Shown: in pieces, positions 32,519-43,862 of the stretch
Position numbering within the stretch: the stretch's first letter is position 1
Layout of the letters: the number at the start of each line of letters is the position of its first letter
From: Caecitellus pseudoparvulus
Lineage: Eukaryota > Protista > Bigyra: Bicosoecida
DNA length: 64,000 nt
Assembly (NCBI GenBank): GCA_965644315.1
Contig: CBFFRQ010000068.1
Span: 558,001-622,000, forward strand
Direction of reading: 5' to 3'
Notes under the pieces: model-generated
Told to the model about the DNA's origin: nothing
Database searches by the model: none
The model's input: only the letters and a program-made list of their open reading frames with translations
Position numbers and translations under genes: made by a program

Positions 32519-34732
32519 TCAGGAGCCGGGAGTGCGGGGGGCAGAGCGCGCCGGCGTCCCACTCTGTGCCGCCAAGCTGCGCAGCATGGGAGACTGCAAG
32601 CCCCTGGTCCTGGCCAGCCAGCTGCCACCCGGGCTGGCCCCTGCCACCCCTGCGCGCCCGCCGTACATGTCCTTGACCAGGTGCGACCCAAGGTTGTACA
32701 CAGCTGCGGCCATGTGGTCTTGCTCCTTCCGCGCCGCTGCCAGCTGCCCCTGCAGCAGCTCCAGCTGCCCCTGCAGCTGCTTCATCTGGGATGCCTTGGC
32801 AGCTCCCGCGGCCCTCTCGCGCTTGACCAGGTCCAGCATCTTCCGGGTGCCAACTTCCAGCTTTTCATTCCTTTCTTCTACCTTTTGCAGCTTGGCCTGG
32901 GCTGCTGCAGCTTCCTCTTCCGCGGCACCAACACGGCCTTGAAGCGCAGCCTCGGCATCCGCAGCCGCAGCTGCTGCTGCCGCTGCCGCCTGCTTCTCAG
33001 CTTCCAGTGCCGCTTTCGCCTCCTGCAAAGCAACTTGGCTCCCTGATGCCTCTGCTGCTCCACTGGCCTCTGTGTGGTGTGCCTTCAGCTCGGCCTCTGC
33101 GGCTTTGGCTTCAGCGGCAGTGGTAGCCTTGGTCAAGCGCGCAATGACGGCCTCCTTGTCCTGTACCTGTTCACGCAGGGCCTCCAGCTCCTCTGCAGCG
33201 CTACCTAATGCACTGGCCTTCAATGCCGCATTCTCTCGCTCCAGACGCAGGAGCCGCTCGGCGTCGGACGAGGACAGGACGCCGGCCGCACTGGGACCGC
33301 CGCCACTCGTGTCTCCTGCTGCGGCAGCCGCAGCAGCCCGCGCAGCCTTCAGCTCCACTTGTGTAGCCTCCAGCTGCTCCTGCACGTGGGCGCTGTGCTC
33401 CTTGGCGGCCCGTGCGTCATCCCGGGCGGCGGCCAACAGCGACTCCTGCGCACTGGCCTTGGACGTCGCCGAGGCCAGAGCCGCCTCCAAGTCTGCGACC
33501 TTGCCCTTAGCTTCCTCCAGGCGCTTCTGCAGCGCAGGCAGGGCTTTCGTCTCCTCTTCCAGGTCAAGCACGCGCTGCAGGTGTCGCTGGGCATCTGCTT
33601 GGACCCCCTGCAGCTGTTGCTGTGCCTCCTGTGCCTCCTCCATCTTGCGCTGCAGGCGTCCGAGATCCTCTTGCGCCACCACTAGCTGCTGCGCCTGCCC
33701 CTTGGCCACGTCCAACTCGTCGCGCAGCGTGGCTATCTCGGCCTCCGTCTTCTCCCGGGCGGCCTGGCTGGCCTGCAGCTCCTGCTCTGCCGCGCGCAGA
33801 TCTTGCAGGAGGCTGTCCAGGCCCTGTCCGCTGGGGGCGGAGGCGGGCGCAGAGCCTGCACCTAGGCTCGCCTTGCGGGCGTGTGGGGCGCTCTCCATGT
33901 CAGCTGCCAGCTGCGCCAGCTGCTCACTCTTGTCCTCCTGTGTGAAAGGGGGGGGGGCAGGGTCGCGGTGGCTAGCGGCTGGAGTGTGGCGCGGAGGGGG
34001 CACGCACCAGCTCTAGCTTCAGCTGGCGCACTTGAGCGCGGAGGTGCACAGCCTCCTCCTCGCCGTCCCACTCCGCCTCGGCTTCCTCGCCACTGGGCTG
34101 GGCCATGCGCTCCATGAGGGTCTTGGTGGCAGTCATGAGGGCTTGCTGCTGTGCCTCAGGCAGGTCCATGATGATCTGCACGAACTCCTGGCGCCCATCA
34201 CTGCGCAGGGCCGCCACCAGGGTGCATGCTGCCAGCACCACGAGGGCTTGCGTGTCGCCTGCCGCCGCCTTGGCCGCGTCGAAGCCCAGTGGTGCCAGGT
34301 GTGGGTGCGTGAACTGAGCATGCACGTCCAAGAACCCCTCCAGGTCGGCCTGCAATGCAGACACTGTGGCTTCATCAGCCATGCTGCCTGCTTCTCCTTT
34401 GTGTGAATCCTCCTCTATGCCCTCCACGCCGCTGCGCAGGGAGGCCAGGGAGTCTGAAACGCCAGTGGAACGCTGCGCGCTCCATTCACTGGGCCACGCA
34501 CACATCGTGGAGCAGCATGCACAGCGGGAGCAAGCCCTCTGCATCAAAGGTGACGATGCCCTCGATGCCTGACAGCTGGGCATCCCCTGACCAGCCAAGA
34601 GCTTGGTTGCACCACTCCACCAAAGCCTGCAGTGAGGTGAGGAATGCTGCTGTGGTGGTAGTACCTCACGTGGGCCTGCGCGCCTCGGTCACGCACTGCT
34701 TCGTGGTCAGGCGATGACTCAAGTGCCGCCAT
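32519..34732 (-). CDS. HOOK: Hook-family dynein adaptor (Hook domain plus coiled coil), several introns
   Basis: LVEWCN; LVAALRSDGRQEFVQIIMDLPEAQQQALMTATK (Hook domain); ERLLRLERENAALK; C-terminal EQDHMAAAVYNLG...SWLARTR, as in Hook proteins. Confidence 0.8.
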
Positions 34733-34994
34733 GCCAGTCGATAGAGCTGTCCTGCTACTGGATCAGAGTGGTCAGCTCCCTGGCAGTCACGGCACGCGGG
34801 GAAGCATGCAAAGCCTGGCCAAGGCACGCGACGATGCACACTTATGGCAATGGAAGGAAGGACGCAAATGCGCACACTCAGCCCAATGTGGGTATGCTTG
34901 GCGTGCACGGCATGGCGGAAACGTTTTGACCCACGACGTGCCTCGGTTCGGGCCGCAACAGTGCAGCGCGTGCGCGGAAATTACTCCGCTGCAC

Positions 34995-36722
34995 ATGGCT
35001 TCAGAGACGGACACTGTGCGAGTGGCAGCGGTGGGCTGCTGCCATGGAGAGCTGGACACAGTGTACGAGACCCTGAAAGAAGCAGAAGCTGCTTCAGGTG
35101 GCAAGCCGGTGGACTTGGTGCTCATCTGCGGTGACTTTGAAGCCATGCGGAATGAAGCCGACTTGGAGTGCATGGCCTGCCCCCCGAAGTACAGGGCCAT
35201 GGGCGACTTCTGGGCCTACTACAGCGGTGCAAAGGTGGCCCCTGTGCCCACCATCATCATTGGCGGTAACCACGAAGCCTCGGCGTACTTCCAAACCCTC
35301 CCCTACGGCGGCTTCGTGGCTCCCAACATGTACTTCATGGGCTACGCTGGCGTGGTGCAGTTTGGCGGCCTGCGCATCGGCGGGCTCTCCGGCATCTACG
35401 AGCGGCGGGACTACTGCAAGCCCCACTTCGAAGCACCGCCCTACGACCGATCTTCCATGCGCAGCGTGTACCACTCCCGCGAACGGGACGTCTGGCGCCT
35501 CGCACACGTGGGCAGCCCCTTGGACGCCTTCCTCTCCCACGACTGGCCCGCAGGTATTGACCGAGTGGGGGACCACGCCTGGCTCATGCGAAAAAAGAAG
35601 CACTTCCGGGCTGACAGTGCGAAGGGCGAGTTGGGCTCGCCAGCCCTGTGGGACTTGCTTGCCCACCTGCGGCCGGCTTGCTGGTTCGCCGCCCACCTCC
35701 ACGTCAAGTTCCCTGCGCTGGTGCAGCACACGCCCCCACTCCCTCTGCACGCGGCACACTCCCCTTCTTGGCTCGTGCAGTGCATGGCAACTGCGGGGGC
35801 GGGGCAGGCCAGCCAGCCAGCGCACACATCGCAGGCGGGCAGAGGAGCGGAGGCAGCGCCACCGGGGACCGAACACGACCAGAGCGGGCCGCCCCAGGCG
35901 CAGGCGGACGCCCCTCTTTTCGCCGGCCACGCGTCCACGCGCTTCCTGGCCCTGGACAAGCCGCTGCCTGGCCGAGGCTTCCTCCAAATCCTGGACATTT
36001 GCCCCTCTGAGCTGCGTGAGGGGCGCCTGTCACCAGCAGGGCAGGCGGCACGGGAGCCCACCCAGCGCAAGGTGATCTCCTTTGACCCGGAGTGGTGTGC
36101 TATTGTCGCTGCCACCCACACCATCGCCATGCAGCAGGGCCGGGGGCCGCCCTTGAGCCCCCCTGCCCCCCCCTCCCAGGAGGAGGTCGACGCGGCAAAG
36201 GCTGCACTGGTAGCCGCCTTCGGTGCTGCAGAGGATGGAAGCGTGCCCATCCCACCCACACCACGCAGCACTGCCCCGGCGTTTGTCGCCCCAGAGGGCT
36301 ACGAAACGCACTACGATGCCAAGGCGGCTGCCCTCCGCCGCCAGCGCCAGGGTGCCGCCAGTGCCGCAGATGCGCTGCACACGGAGTGGGGGTATCCTGG
36401 CCCACGCGTGCAGCAGCCTGGACAGGAGGGGAATGCCTTCACTGATGATTTCCTCGCCGCGCTGGCGCTGCCCCACCTGGGCACAGTAAGCGTTCAGCAG
36501 GGGCAGGCGGCAGTCGGCAGAAAGCCCCCCGCAGCGGCGGCTGCGCCGGACATGGATGCTGCCTTCGCACTGGCTTCTACGAGCTCCAAGCCCGTGTATG
36601 GAAACCTTGTTCCGGTGCAAGCCATGTACAGAGATGCTCCTGCGCCCGCGCCAGCGCCAGAGCCAGCACCTGCTCCTCAAGCGTGGGCAGATGAGGCTGA
36701 GCTTGACATAGACGACTTGTGA
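34995..36722 (+). CDS. DBR1: RNA lariat debranching enzyme
   Basis: GCCHGELD, ICGDF, CPPKYR.MGDF..YY.G, IGGNHEAS, RSVYH.R, LSHDWP, WFAAHLHVKF, TRFLALDK.LP.R.FLQ. Confidence 0.97.
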   Translation: MASETDTVRVAAVGCCHGELDTVYETLKEAEAASGGKPVDLVLICGDFEAMRNEADLECMACPPKYRAMGDFWAYYSGAKVAPVPTIIIGGNHEASAYFQTLPYGGFVAPNMYFMGYAGVVQFGGLRIGGLSGIYERRDYCKPHFEAPPYDRSSMRSVYHSRERDVWRLAHVGSPLDAFLSHDWPAGIDRVGDHAWLMRKKKHFRADSAKGELGSPALWDLLAHLRPACWFAAHLHVKFPALVQHTPPLPLHAAHSPSWLVQCMATAGAGQASQPAHTSQAGRGAEAAPPGTEHDQSGPPQAQADAPLFAGHASTRFLALDKPLPGRGFLQILDICPSELREGRLSPAGQAAREPTQRKVISFDPEWCAIVAATHTIAMQQGRGPPLSPPAPPSQEEVDAAKAALVAAFGAAEDGSVPIPPTPRSTAPAFVAPEGYETHYDAKAAALRRQRQGAASAADALHTEWGYPGPRVQQPGQEGNAFTDDFLAALALPHLGTVSVQQGQAAVGRKPPAAAAAPDMDAAFALASTSSKPVYGNLVPVQAMYRDAPAPAPAPEPAPAPQAWADEAELDIDDL

Positions 36723-36911
36723 CGGCGCAGCACTTGGGCCAAGGCCGGCAGATACACTGCATGAATGCACACACATTTTTACCGCCCTCGACACTGCCTT
36801 GCAGTGCCTCTGCTCCTGAAGTAGTCGCAGGCGCTGGCTCCCGTTGGCAAGCAGGACCCGGCTCGGCGGCCAGCTTGTTCGCCGCCAGCAGGGACAGCAA
36901 CCGCTGCAGCC

Positions 36912-38871
36912 ATGAGCCAGCAGGGCTCCTCTGGGCCTCCCCCAAGGCCAACAAACAGCCGGTGCGTGCTCTTGCGAGCTGGCCCGTCTCCTGCGCTTGC
37001 TGGCGGTCACCACCCAGCGCACCTCCGCCTGCACAGAGCCAGCCGAGGCCGCGGCGGATTGGTGGTGCGTGCAGCGCCATGCACGCAAGCGGTCCGAAAG
37101 GCACAGGACGGCTGAATGCACCTCGCCTGATAATTCCCTGCGCAGATTGCTCCGAACCCCAACAAGGCCAGGACGGCGGCAGGACGGTGAGTGCTGTTCC
37201 CTTGCGGTCTTTGAGTGGCAGGACGTTTCCCACACCCTCGCCTGGCATGCCTGCTGCACCCATGCCTCCAAACCACGCGCCCATGTATTCCTATCATTTC
37301 TCAGGGGTCGCTCTTCGTCTGCTCGTTCCGGGGTCGCCCCTCGGCCAGCTGCAGCATCCAAGCGCCCTGCCAGCTCTGGCGCTGCGCCAGGCTCGGCGGG
37401 CAGTGGGGCCGGTCGGGGCCGTGGGCGCGGCGGCCGTGGGCGAGGACGCGGGCGAGGGCGTGGTCGCGGGCGAGGCGGTGCCCAGGCTGCCATGCCTCAA
37501 GGCCGAGTCGCCTTCGCAGCGGGAGGGGGCGACGAAGCCGCCGCCGATGTCGGCACAGCGGCCTTCACTGAGGCCCTGCGCCGGCAGCAGGACTCGGAGC
37601 GTGCGGCCGCGGCAGCCGCCAAGCAGCGCCGCAGCGCAGCCAAGGAGGAAGGGAGCAAGGCGTCGCCTGCTGTGGCAGTGCAGGCGCCGGCGGAGGCGGC
37701 TGGCACAGGCATGCCGTCCTTCCTGGCACCCGCCCCCACACCCACAGCCCCGGCCAGAGAGGGGCAGCAAGGCGCAGCAGCTAGTGCCCACGCCAGCGGG
37801 GGGGGTGGAGACGCCTGGCCCCCCGCCTTCGACAGCCCCAACCCCCCTGTGGCCCTGCCCTTCATGCGCCTGCCGGGCGATGCCTTCTCCGGCGAGGCGG
37901 CAGCCCTGCCTCGCCTGCGAGCTCGGTCTGCCTCCACGGCGTCCGCCGGCACGACGGACAGCAAGCAGGCAGCTGCTGCTGCAGCGGCGGCGTCAGGGCG
38001 TGTTGCCATGGATGACGCCACGCTGCTCAGCGTGTCGGCGGCGGCGGGCGTGCTGCCCAACCCGGCCCTCGTCAGGGACTCGGCAGCCCTCGCGACGGCG
38101 GCGTCGTCCCATGTGGGGCACCTCTTCCAGCGTGATGGCAGCCTGGCCCTGCCGGACGGCGAGCTGCTGCTGCTGCAGCTGCCCACTCGACTGCCTGTGC
38201 GAGAGGCGCTGGACCACAGCCAGGCCGCGTACGAGTTTGACGCCACCATTCCGCCCGAGGCGCGGCCCAGTGGTGGGCAGCAAGCCAGTGGCGGCAGTGC
38301 TGCGGCGCCCGCTGCGGGGCTGGATGAGCGGCAGAGGGCGGCCCTGGATGAGGCCCGCGGGCTCGGACACCGGCGCATGGACCCCCATGGCCTGCGAGAC
38401 AGCTGGGCCAAGGCAGGCAGTGGGGGGCGCCTGGGCACTCTGCGGGTGCACGCATCAGGCAAGGTGACCCTGGTAGTGGGCGACGTGACACTGGATGTGG
38501 CCTCCGGCACCATTATGCGGCACGCTGTGGACGCCGCCGTCATCACCACCTCCACGGTGCAGGTGCCGCCTGAGGACGGCGAGGAGGGCGATGCCGGCGT
38601 GAGCAAGCGCGTGGGGGACATGCACATGCTGGGGCGAGTGACCCACAAGCTGGTGGCCACGCCTTCCCTTGAGGGCATGCTGCCAGCGTGGGCTACCAAG
38701 GCTGGCATGGTGGAGGCCGCATCGCAGAGCAACCGCGAACATGAAAAGCTGGCTGCCAGCATGCCAGGCGCCATTGGGCGTGCACCACCAGCCACTTCAG
38801 CGCCCCAGAGCAAGGCCACCTCTGCACTTCTGGAGGGCTCGGACAGCGACGAGGATGCAGTGCTGGGATAG
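36912..38871 (+). CDS. POLR3D: RNA polymerase III subunit RPC4/C53, three 5' introns, RG-repeat N-terminus
   Basis: LLLLQLP..GRLGTLRVHASGKVTLVVGDVTLDVASG..LGRVTHKLVATP matches the RPC4 C-terminal dimerisation domain. GRGRGRGGRGRG tract at about 37410-37480. Confidence 0.85.
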
Positions 38872-38966
38872 GCACGTGCCGTGAAGGCACACAATGCATG
38901 CGCCTGCACACCCCTCCGTTTTCGGCCGCCACGCGCGGGCCCCTGAGTGACGCAGTGTGTGCAACC

Positions 38967-41900
38967 ATGTGGCGGCCAGGGGCTGCGGCGCCTGACGTGT
39001 CGGACACGCCAGGCACGCTCGAATCCACGCACCTGACCTACAATGCAGCTGGAGGGCAGTCGTTCCAGGCGCAGCGGCGTGCGCTACCCATCGCAGCGTA
39101 CCGCAGCACCATTTTGTATGCAGTGGAGACACACCAGGTGGTCATCCTCGTCGGCGAGACGGGCTGTGGCAAGACGACACGTGAGTGGCTTGCCTGCGGT
39201 AATTGCATGTGCCAGCCAGCGCATGCACCCTCCTCCCCCCCCCCCTGGCATCTGCCTGCACCGCAGAAGTGCCCCAGTTCTTGCATGAAGCAGGGTGGTC
39301 TGCGGGTGGTCGCACCATTGCCTGTACGCAGCCCCGCCGAGTAGCAGCAGCCTCCGTCGCTGCCCGGGTGGCCGACGAGATGCACGCGAGGTTGGGAGAA
39401 CGTGTGGGATACCGAGTCCGCTTCGAAGACGCCAGCCATCCGACTGAAACCCGAGTGTTGTTCCTCACTGACGGCATGGTTCTACGGGAAACCCTGCGCG
39501 ACCCTCTTCTCAGCCGCTACAGCGTCCTCATGCTGGACGAAGCCCACGAACGCAACGCCAACACTGACCTGCTCCTGGCCATGCTGCGGCGCATCCTGCC
39601 GCGTCGGCCCGACTTGCGCCTCATCATCTCTAGCGCTACCCTGCAAGCCGCATCATTTGTCAAGTTCTTCTCCGCTGCGACCCTGCTGCCTCTGCAGGCA
39701 CCAGAACCTTCGGCCGGCCGGGCCCCTTCCCAGCCCTCGAAGTCTCGGTGGGGACCCTCCACCACGGCGGCCACACCAGCTGACTCCACTGCCAAAGGCA
39801 CTTTACAAGTCCCACAGCACCCTGATGCTGCGCCTCACAGCGGCACACCTGCCGTCGTCGCCGTGCCGGGGCGCACACACCCCGTGGACGTGCAGCACCT
39901 GGCCAAGCCTGCACGGGACTTCCTGCAAGCTGCCGTGGACACGACGCTGGACATTCACAGCCGTGAGCGCCCGGGGGACATCCTGGTGTTCCTTCCTACC
40001 GCGGCATCCATCGATGAGGTGGTGGAACGCCTGCGCAACGCAGCGGAGGCGCCAGCCACTACCAGCGTGCACCGCAACCCCGACACTCACGCAGGCTCCT
40101 TGGGCCATGGCGGCGCAGTGCTGCAGGTGGCCCCTCTGTACGCTGCACTGCCCCCTGCGGCCCAGACCTCCGCCTTGACGCCACCCAAGCGACGTGACGC
40201 GGCTGGGCGCGCCGTGCGGAAGGTGGTCGTCGCCACGAACATCGCCGAGACCTCCGTGACCATTCCTGGCGTGCGCTACGTTGTGGACAGCGGCTTCGCC
40301 AACCTGCCCGTCTTCAACCCACTCACTGGCCTAGACGCGCACATTGTGCAGCGCATTAGCAAGGCGTCTGCCGCCCAGCGGGCAGGGCGAGCGGGGCGCA
40401 CTGCGCCTGGCAAGGCGTTCCGCCTGTACACACAAGCCGACCATGACGCCATGCCTGCAGCCAGCATCCCTGATGTGCTGCGGGTGCCACTGGATGGCCT
40501 GGTGCTGCAAATGAAGGCGCTGGGCATCCGCAACCTGGCCACATTCCCCATGCTGGCCACGCCGTTCCCACTTGCGTTGCAGCGGGCACTGGAACACCTC
40601 GCTGCCCTTGGCGCCCTGGATCCTGGGACGGGCGACCTGACTTCCCCGCTGGGAGAGTTTTTGGCAGAGTTTCCAGCGCCAGCCCCAATGGGCGCCATGC
40701 TGCTGTGGAGTGCCGTCTGTGGCTGCGCTGAGGAAGCCCTCACTGCCGCTGCAATGCTGGCCGTCAAGACCATCTACGCCCATGGCCCCGCGGCAGCTGC
40801 CAGGACGAAGGAGCAGCTGCCTGAGATAGCCGCCACCTCAGGAGACCTGGTGACGTTTGTGAACCTGTACAATGCTTGGCAAGAGGAAGGCTACGCGAAG
40901 ACATGGGCTGTGGAGCGCGGGCTGCATTTCATGGCTCTGCGCCGGGTGCGGCAACTGCGCAAGCAGCTGCGCAAGTACCTCGTGCGCATCCTCATCACAG
41001 CCCGTGAGCGCGTTCGTGAAAGCGGCGATGAGCAGGGTGCAGAAGACGCGCAGGAGGCTCCCGCTGCAGCGCCCACTGCCCGCGGCGGCACCCTCGTGCA
41101 GCCGCTTTCTGCAGAGGAGGCGACACATTGGAAAGCTCGCCTAACGCTGCGCTCGCTGGCCTCCAGCAGCATTGAAACATGCGGCGAGGAAGAAGGCGTC
41201 TTCCGGCGGTGTGTGGCCCGTGCCTTCTTTGCCAACGCAGCTGTCCGCCTGCCAAATGGGCGCTACCGCACACTGAAAGATGGGCGCAGTGTCGCAGTGC
41301 ACCCCTCTTCGGTCCTGCATCGCTTCGGCATGGCACCGCGCTGGGTGGTCTTTTGCAATGCCTTGCTGACTGACGATGAATATGTGCAGCACGTGTGTGA
41401 GGTGCAGCAGCAGTGGCTCGTCACAGCGGCTCCCCACTTCTTCCGCTTCGTGGACGCGGCGGGTGCTGGGCAGTGGTCCTCGTCCACCACCCTCACGCAC
41501 CACGACTTGTCCCGTGCCTCTGCGACTGATGGCCGGGCAGTGCGCAGGGAGCCCGAGGCACAGGAGCCGGCGCCACACTTGAACCCTGCCGCTGCCCTGG
41601 CAGGCCCCATATCCACTGCCCTGGCTGTGCACTCCGCCCAGGACAAGGCTCTGGTGGCCACTCACGCTGCGGCAGGGCAGACAGCTAGGAAGCCTCATGG
41701 GCCCTCTGCCACAGCCCAGCAGGAGGCTGACTTGTCCGCTGTGGATGCTCTGTGGGCTGGCGGGCGCGCCGAGGAGGTGGGCGTCGCTGCCTCGGCCGCC
41801 ACAGGCCCTGCAGTCCCAGGGCACAGCATGGCAGCAGTAGTGCGCGGGGTGCAGGGGGGAGCAGGCGCTCTGCAGGGCAAGGCTACCTTTGTTCCTCGCT

Positions 41901-42031
41901 CCCAGCGTGCAGGGGGCGGCAAGCGCCCTCGCTCGGGAACTGGTGCTGCCGCGACACATGGCCAGCGGGGGCAGCGCAAGGCCAAACGAGGCCTTTCCAG
42001 CATCTTGGCCCACCTGCGCGACGAAGAGTAG
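38967..42031 (+). CDS. DHX35: DEAH-box RNA helicase, DHX35-like; intron 39182-39266
   Basis: MWRPG start, [16 protein letters not shown]|[39 protein letters not shown], then HA2 and OB-fold motifs. Confidence 0.85.
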
Positions 42032-42365
42032 CGGCGTGCGCGGAATCAAATGCATGTCCTGGAGCGAAGCTCCTTGCTGCGACGTCGATCCATGCAAGAG
42101 TGCACCCACACTGCAGGCTGTGCCCAAGGCATGCATTGAGCTCCCACACGACGCGAAAAGCTTGTCGCTGCCTGTACACGAGGCACAGGCAGCCTGAGGG
42201 CCCCACAGTTGCCCAACCGCATAGCACAACAGAGGGGCGCGTGGGGGATCCCCAGGCACGACGAGCACGCCACATGGAAGCCTCCCGAGGGAGCCTGGCG
42301 GTGGCACCGGTATGCCGCACCAAACTCCCCCGAGTTGCCGCATGCGGGGGAGGAGGCCACCAGGC

Positions 42366-43505
42366 TTAGAAGTAGATCTGCTGGACGGGGCCCATGGTGC
42401 TCTTGATGTACAGGGCCTTGACGTTCTGCCAGTTCTTCTTCAGCAGGGACACCAGGAAGTTCACGGACAGGGTGACGTTCTGGCGCAGCTGCTCGGCATC
42501 CAGCTCCACGGAGCCGATGGCGGCGTTCAGGCACAGCACCTTCCTCATCTGGAACTTGACGGTGGACTTGAGCTCGTCGACCTTGGGGGCGATGGAGTCA
42601 GCCTCAGGGACGGGCACGGGCATCTTGCCGGCACGGTTCAGGCCAGGGCCGATAAGACGGGGCACCTTCTTGGACAGCTTCTGGGAGGCGAGGAAGACGT
42701 CGAACTTCTTGGCCAGGGTGCGCTTCACCAGCTTCTTGTTCTTGTTCAGCTTCTTCAGGTCAGCCTCGGAGCGGGCCTCCACGGTGTAGCCCTCCTGGGC
42801 GCCCAGGGCGCGGGCCTCCTCGCAGTGCTTCTCGTTGCCGAGCACGCACACGCTCAGGCTGGGGCGGCTGGGGTTGGGCAGGCGCACGGCGCCGTTGAAA
42901 CGCTTGTCCTTAGCGGGGTCGTAGTTCTTCAGGCCTGAGGTGGGGGGGGAGGGGGGTCACGTGTGAGCAAACCGTGTGGACGACATAGGCGTGTGAGTGC
43001 AGGGCCTTCCAGAAACAGTGACGGCAATCACACAGCAAGCGGCCGCCACCGGGGGCGTGCAGAGTCGGGATGGCGTCGGACACCACACCAGCAGGCAGCG
43101 TTCCGCACGCCAGCGGAACTGCCCAACCGACACGCACACCCGCAGCGCTGCACGGCACAAAAAACCCTCCCGCAACGTAAACGAATCGTGTTTAGGGCAC
43201 TGGCAAAGTTCTGGGCGCGGGGCCCCGCCCTGCCATGCGCTGCAGCCCGGAAAGGCAGCGCAGCTCTGCGGCGGGAGTGCACTCACTGATCTGCAGCTCC
43301 ACGGTCTCCAGGAAGTTGCGCTTCTTGCCCTTGACGGCCTCACCGTCAACCTGGATCTCCTTGCCGGCGGAGAAGGCAAGGATGTTCTCGATGCTCTGCA
43401 TGAGCAGCTCCTGGTCAAGCTTGCTGTGAGTGGCGCAGGGGGGAGTTTCGTGCAGCGGAACGCAGGCAAAGCAGGCGCAGCCGCGGCAGCTGGAACGCAC
43501 GACAT
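42366..43505 (-). CDS. RPL10A: 60S ribosomal protein L10a (uL1); short first intron and long second intron 42935-43286
   Basis: MS|KL...[13 protein letters not shown]|[63 protein letters not shown]. Confidence 0.97.
42996..43233 (-). other. Highly structured RNA element inside RPL10A intron 2 (function unknown)
   Basis: Nested complementary pairs on the transcribed strand: GCAGGGC/GCCCTGC, CCAGAA/TTCTGG, GTGCAG/CTGCAC, GTCGG/CCGAC, GGCAG/CTGCC, TTCCGC/GCGGAA, CGGTGGCGGC/GCCGTCACTG. The intron is 352 nt versus the usual 60-90 nt. Confidence 0.55.
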
Positions 43506-43862
43506 GGCTGAAAGGGTGGGTGGTGTGTGTACGGGACAACAACAACACGGGGACTCGGTATGTGCTATGTACCGGTGAACGTTTGAAAGTGAACCGTGGT
43601 GCGGAAGTGCGGCGGCCAGGCCCCAATGCCAGCCACAGGCACAAGCCCGGGTCGGGACAAGCGGGGGGGGGGGGTGGTCTCTCAGCATGCCCCACGAGAA
43701 TGCTGCTGTGCCCTGCTCATGGCACTTCTTAAGCAAACGCCAACCGCGCCCATTGCAGTGTCGCTCACCACCTTGAGCCAGCGTGCCACCAGCGTTTCGT
43801 GCGGACTTTGAGCCTTGCAAGAGCGCCCACTTCACCCGCTCCCCTCCCCTCACGCACCCGCT

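Noticed and set aside
43190-43197. CCCTAAAC in the RPL10A intron as a telomerase RNA template for TTTAGGG repeats, next to a possible boundary helix (CAGTG/CACTG) and a U-run
   Set aside because: Only one repeat plus 1 nt of alignment, and no A-rich strand to form the U-A-U pseudoknot triplex. The telomere repeat of this organism is unknown. Kept only as a remote alternative.
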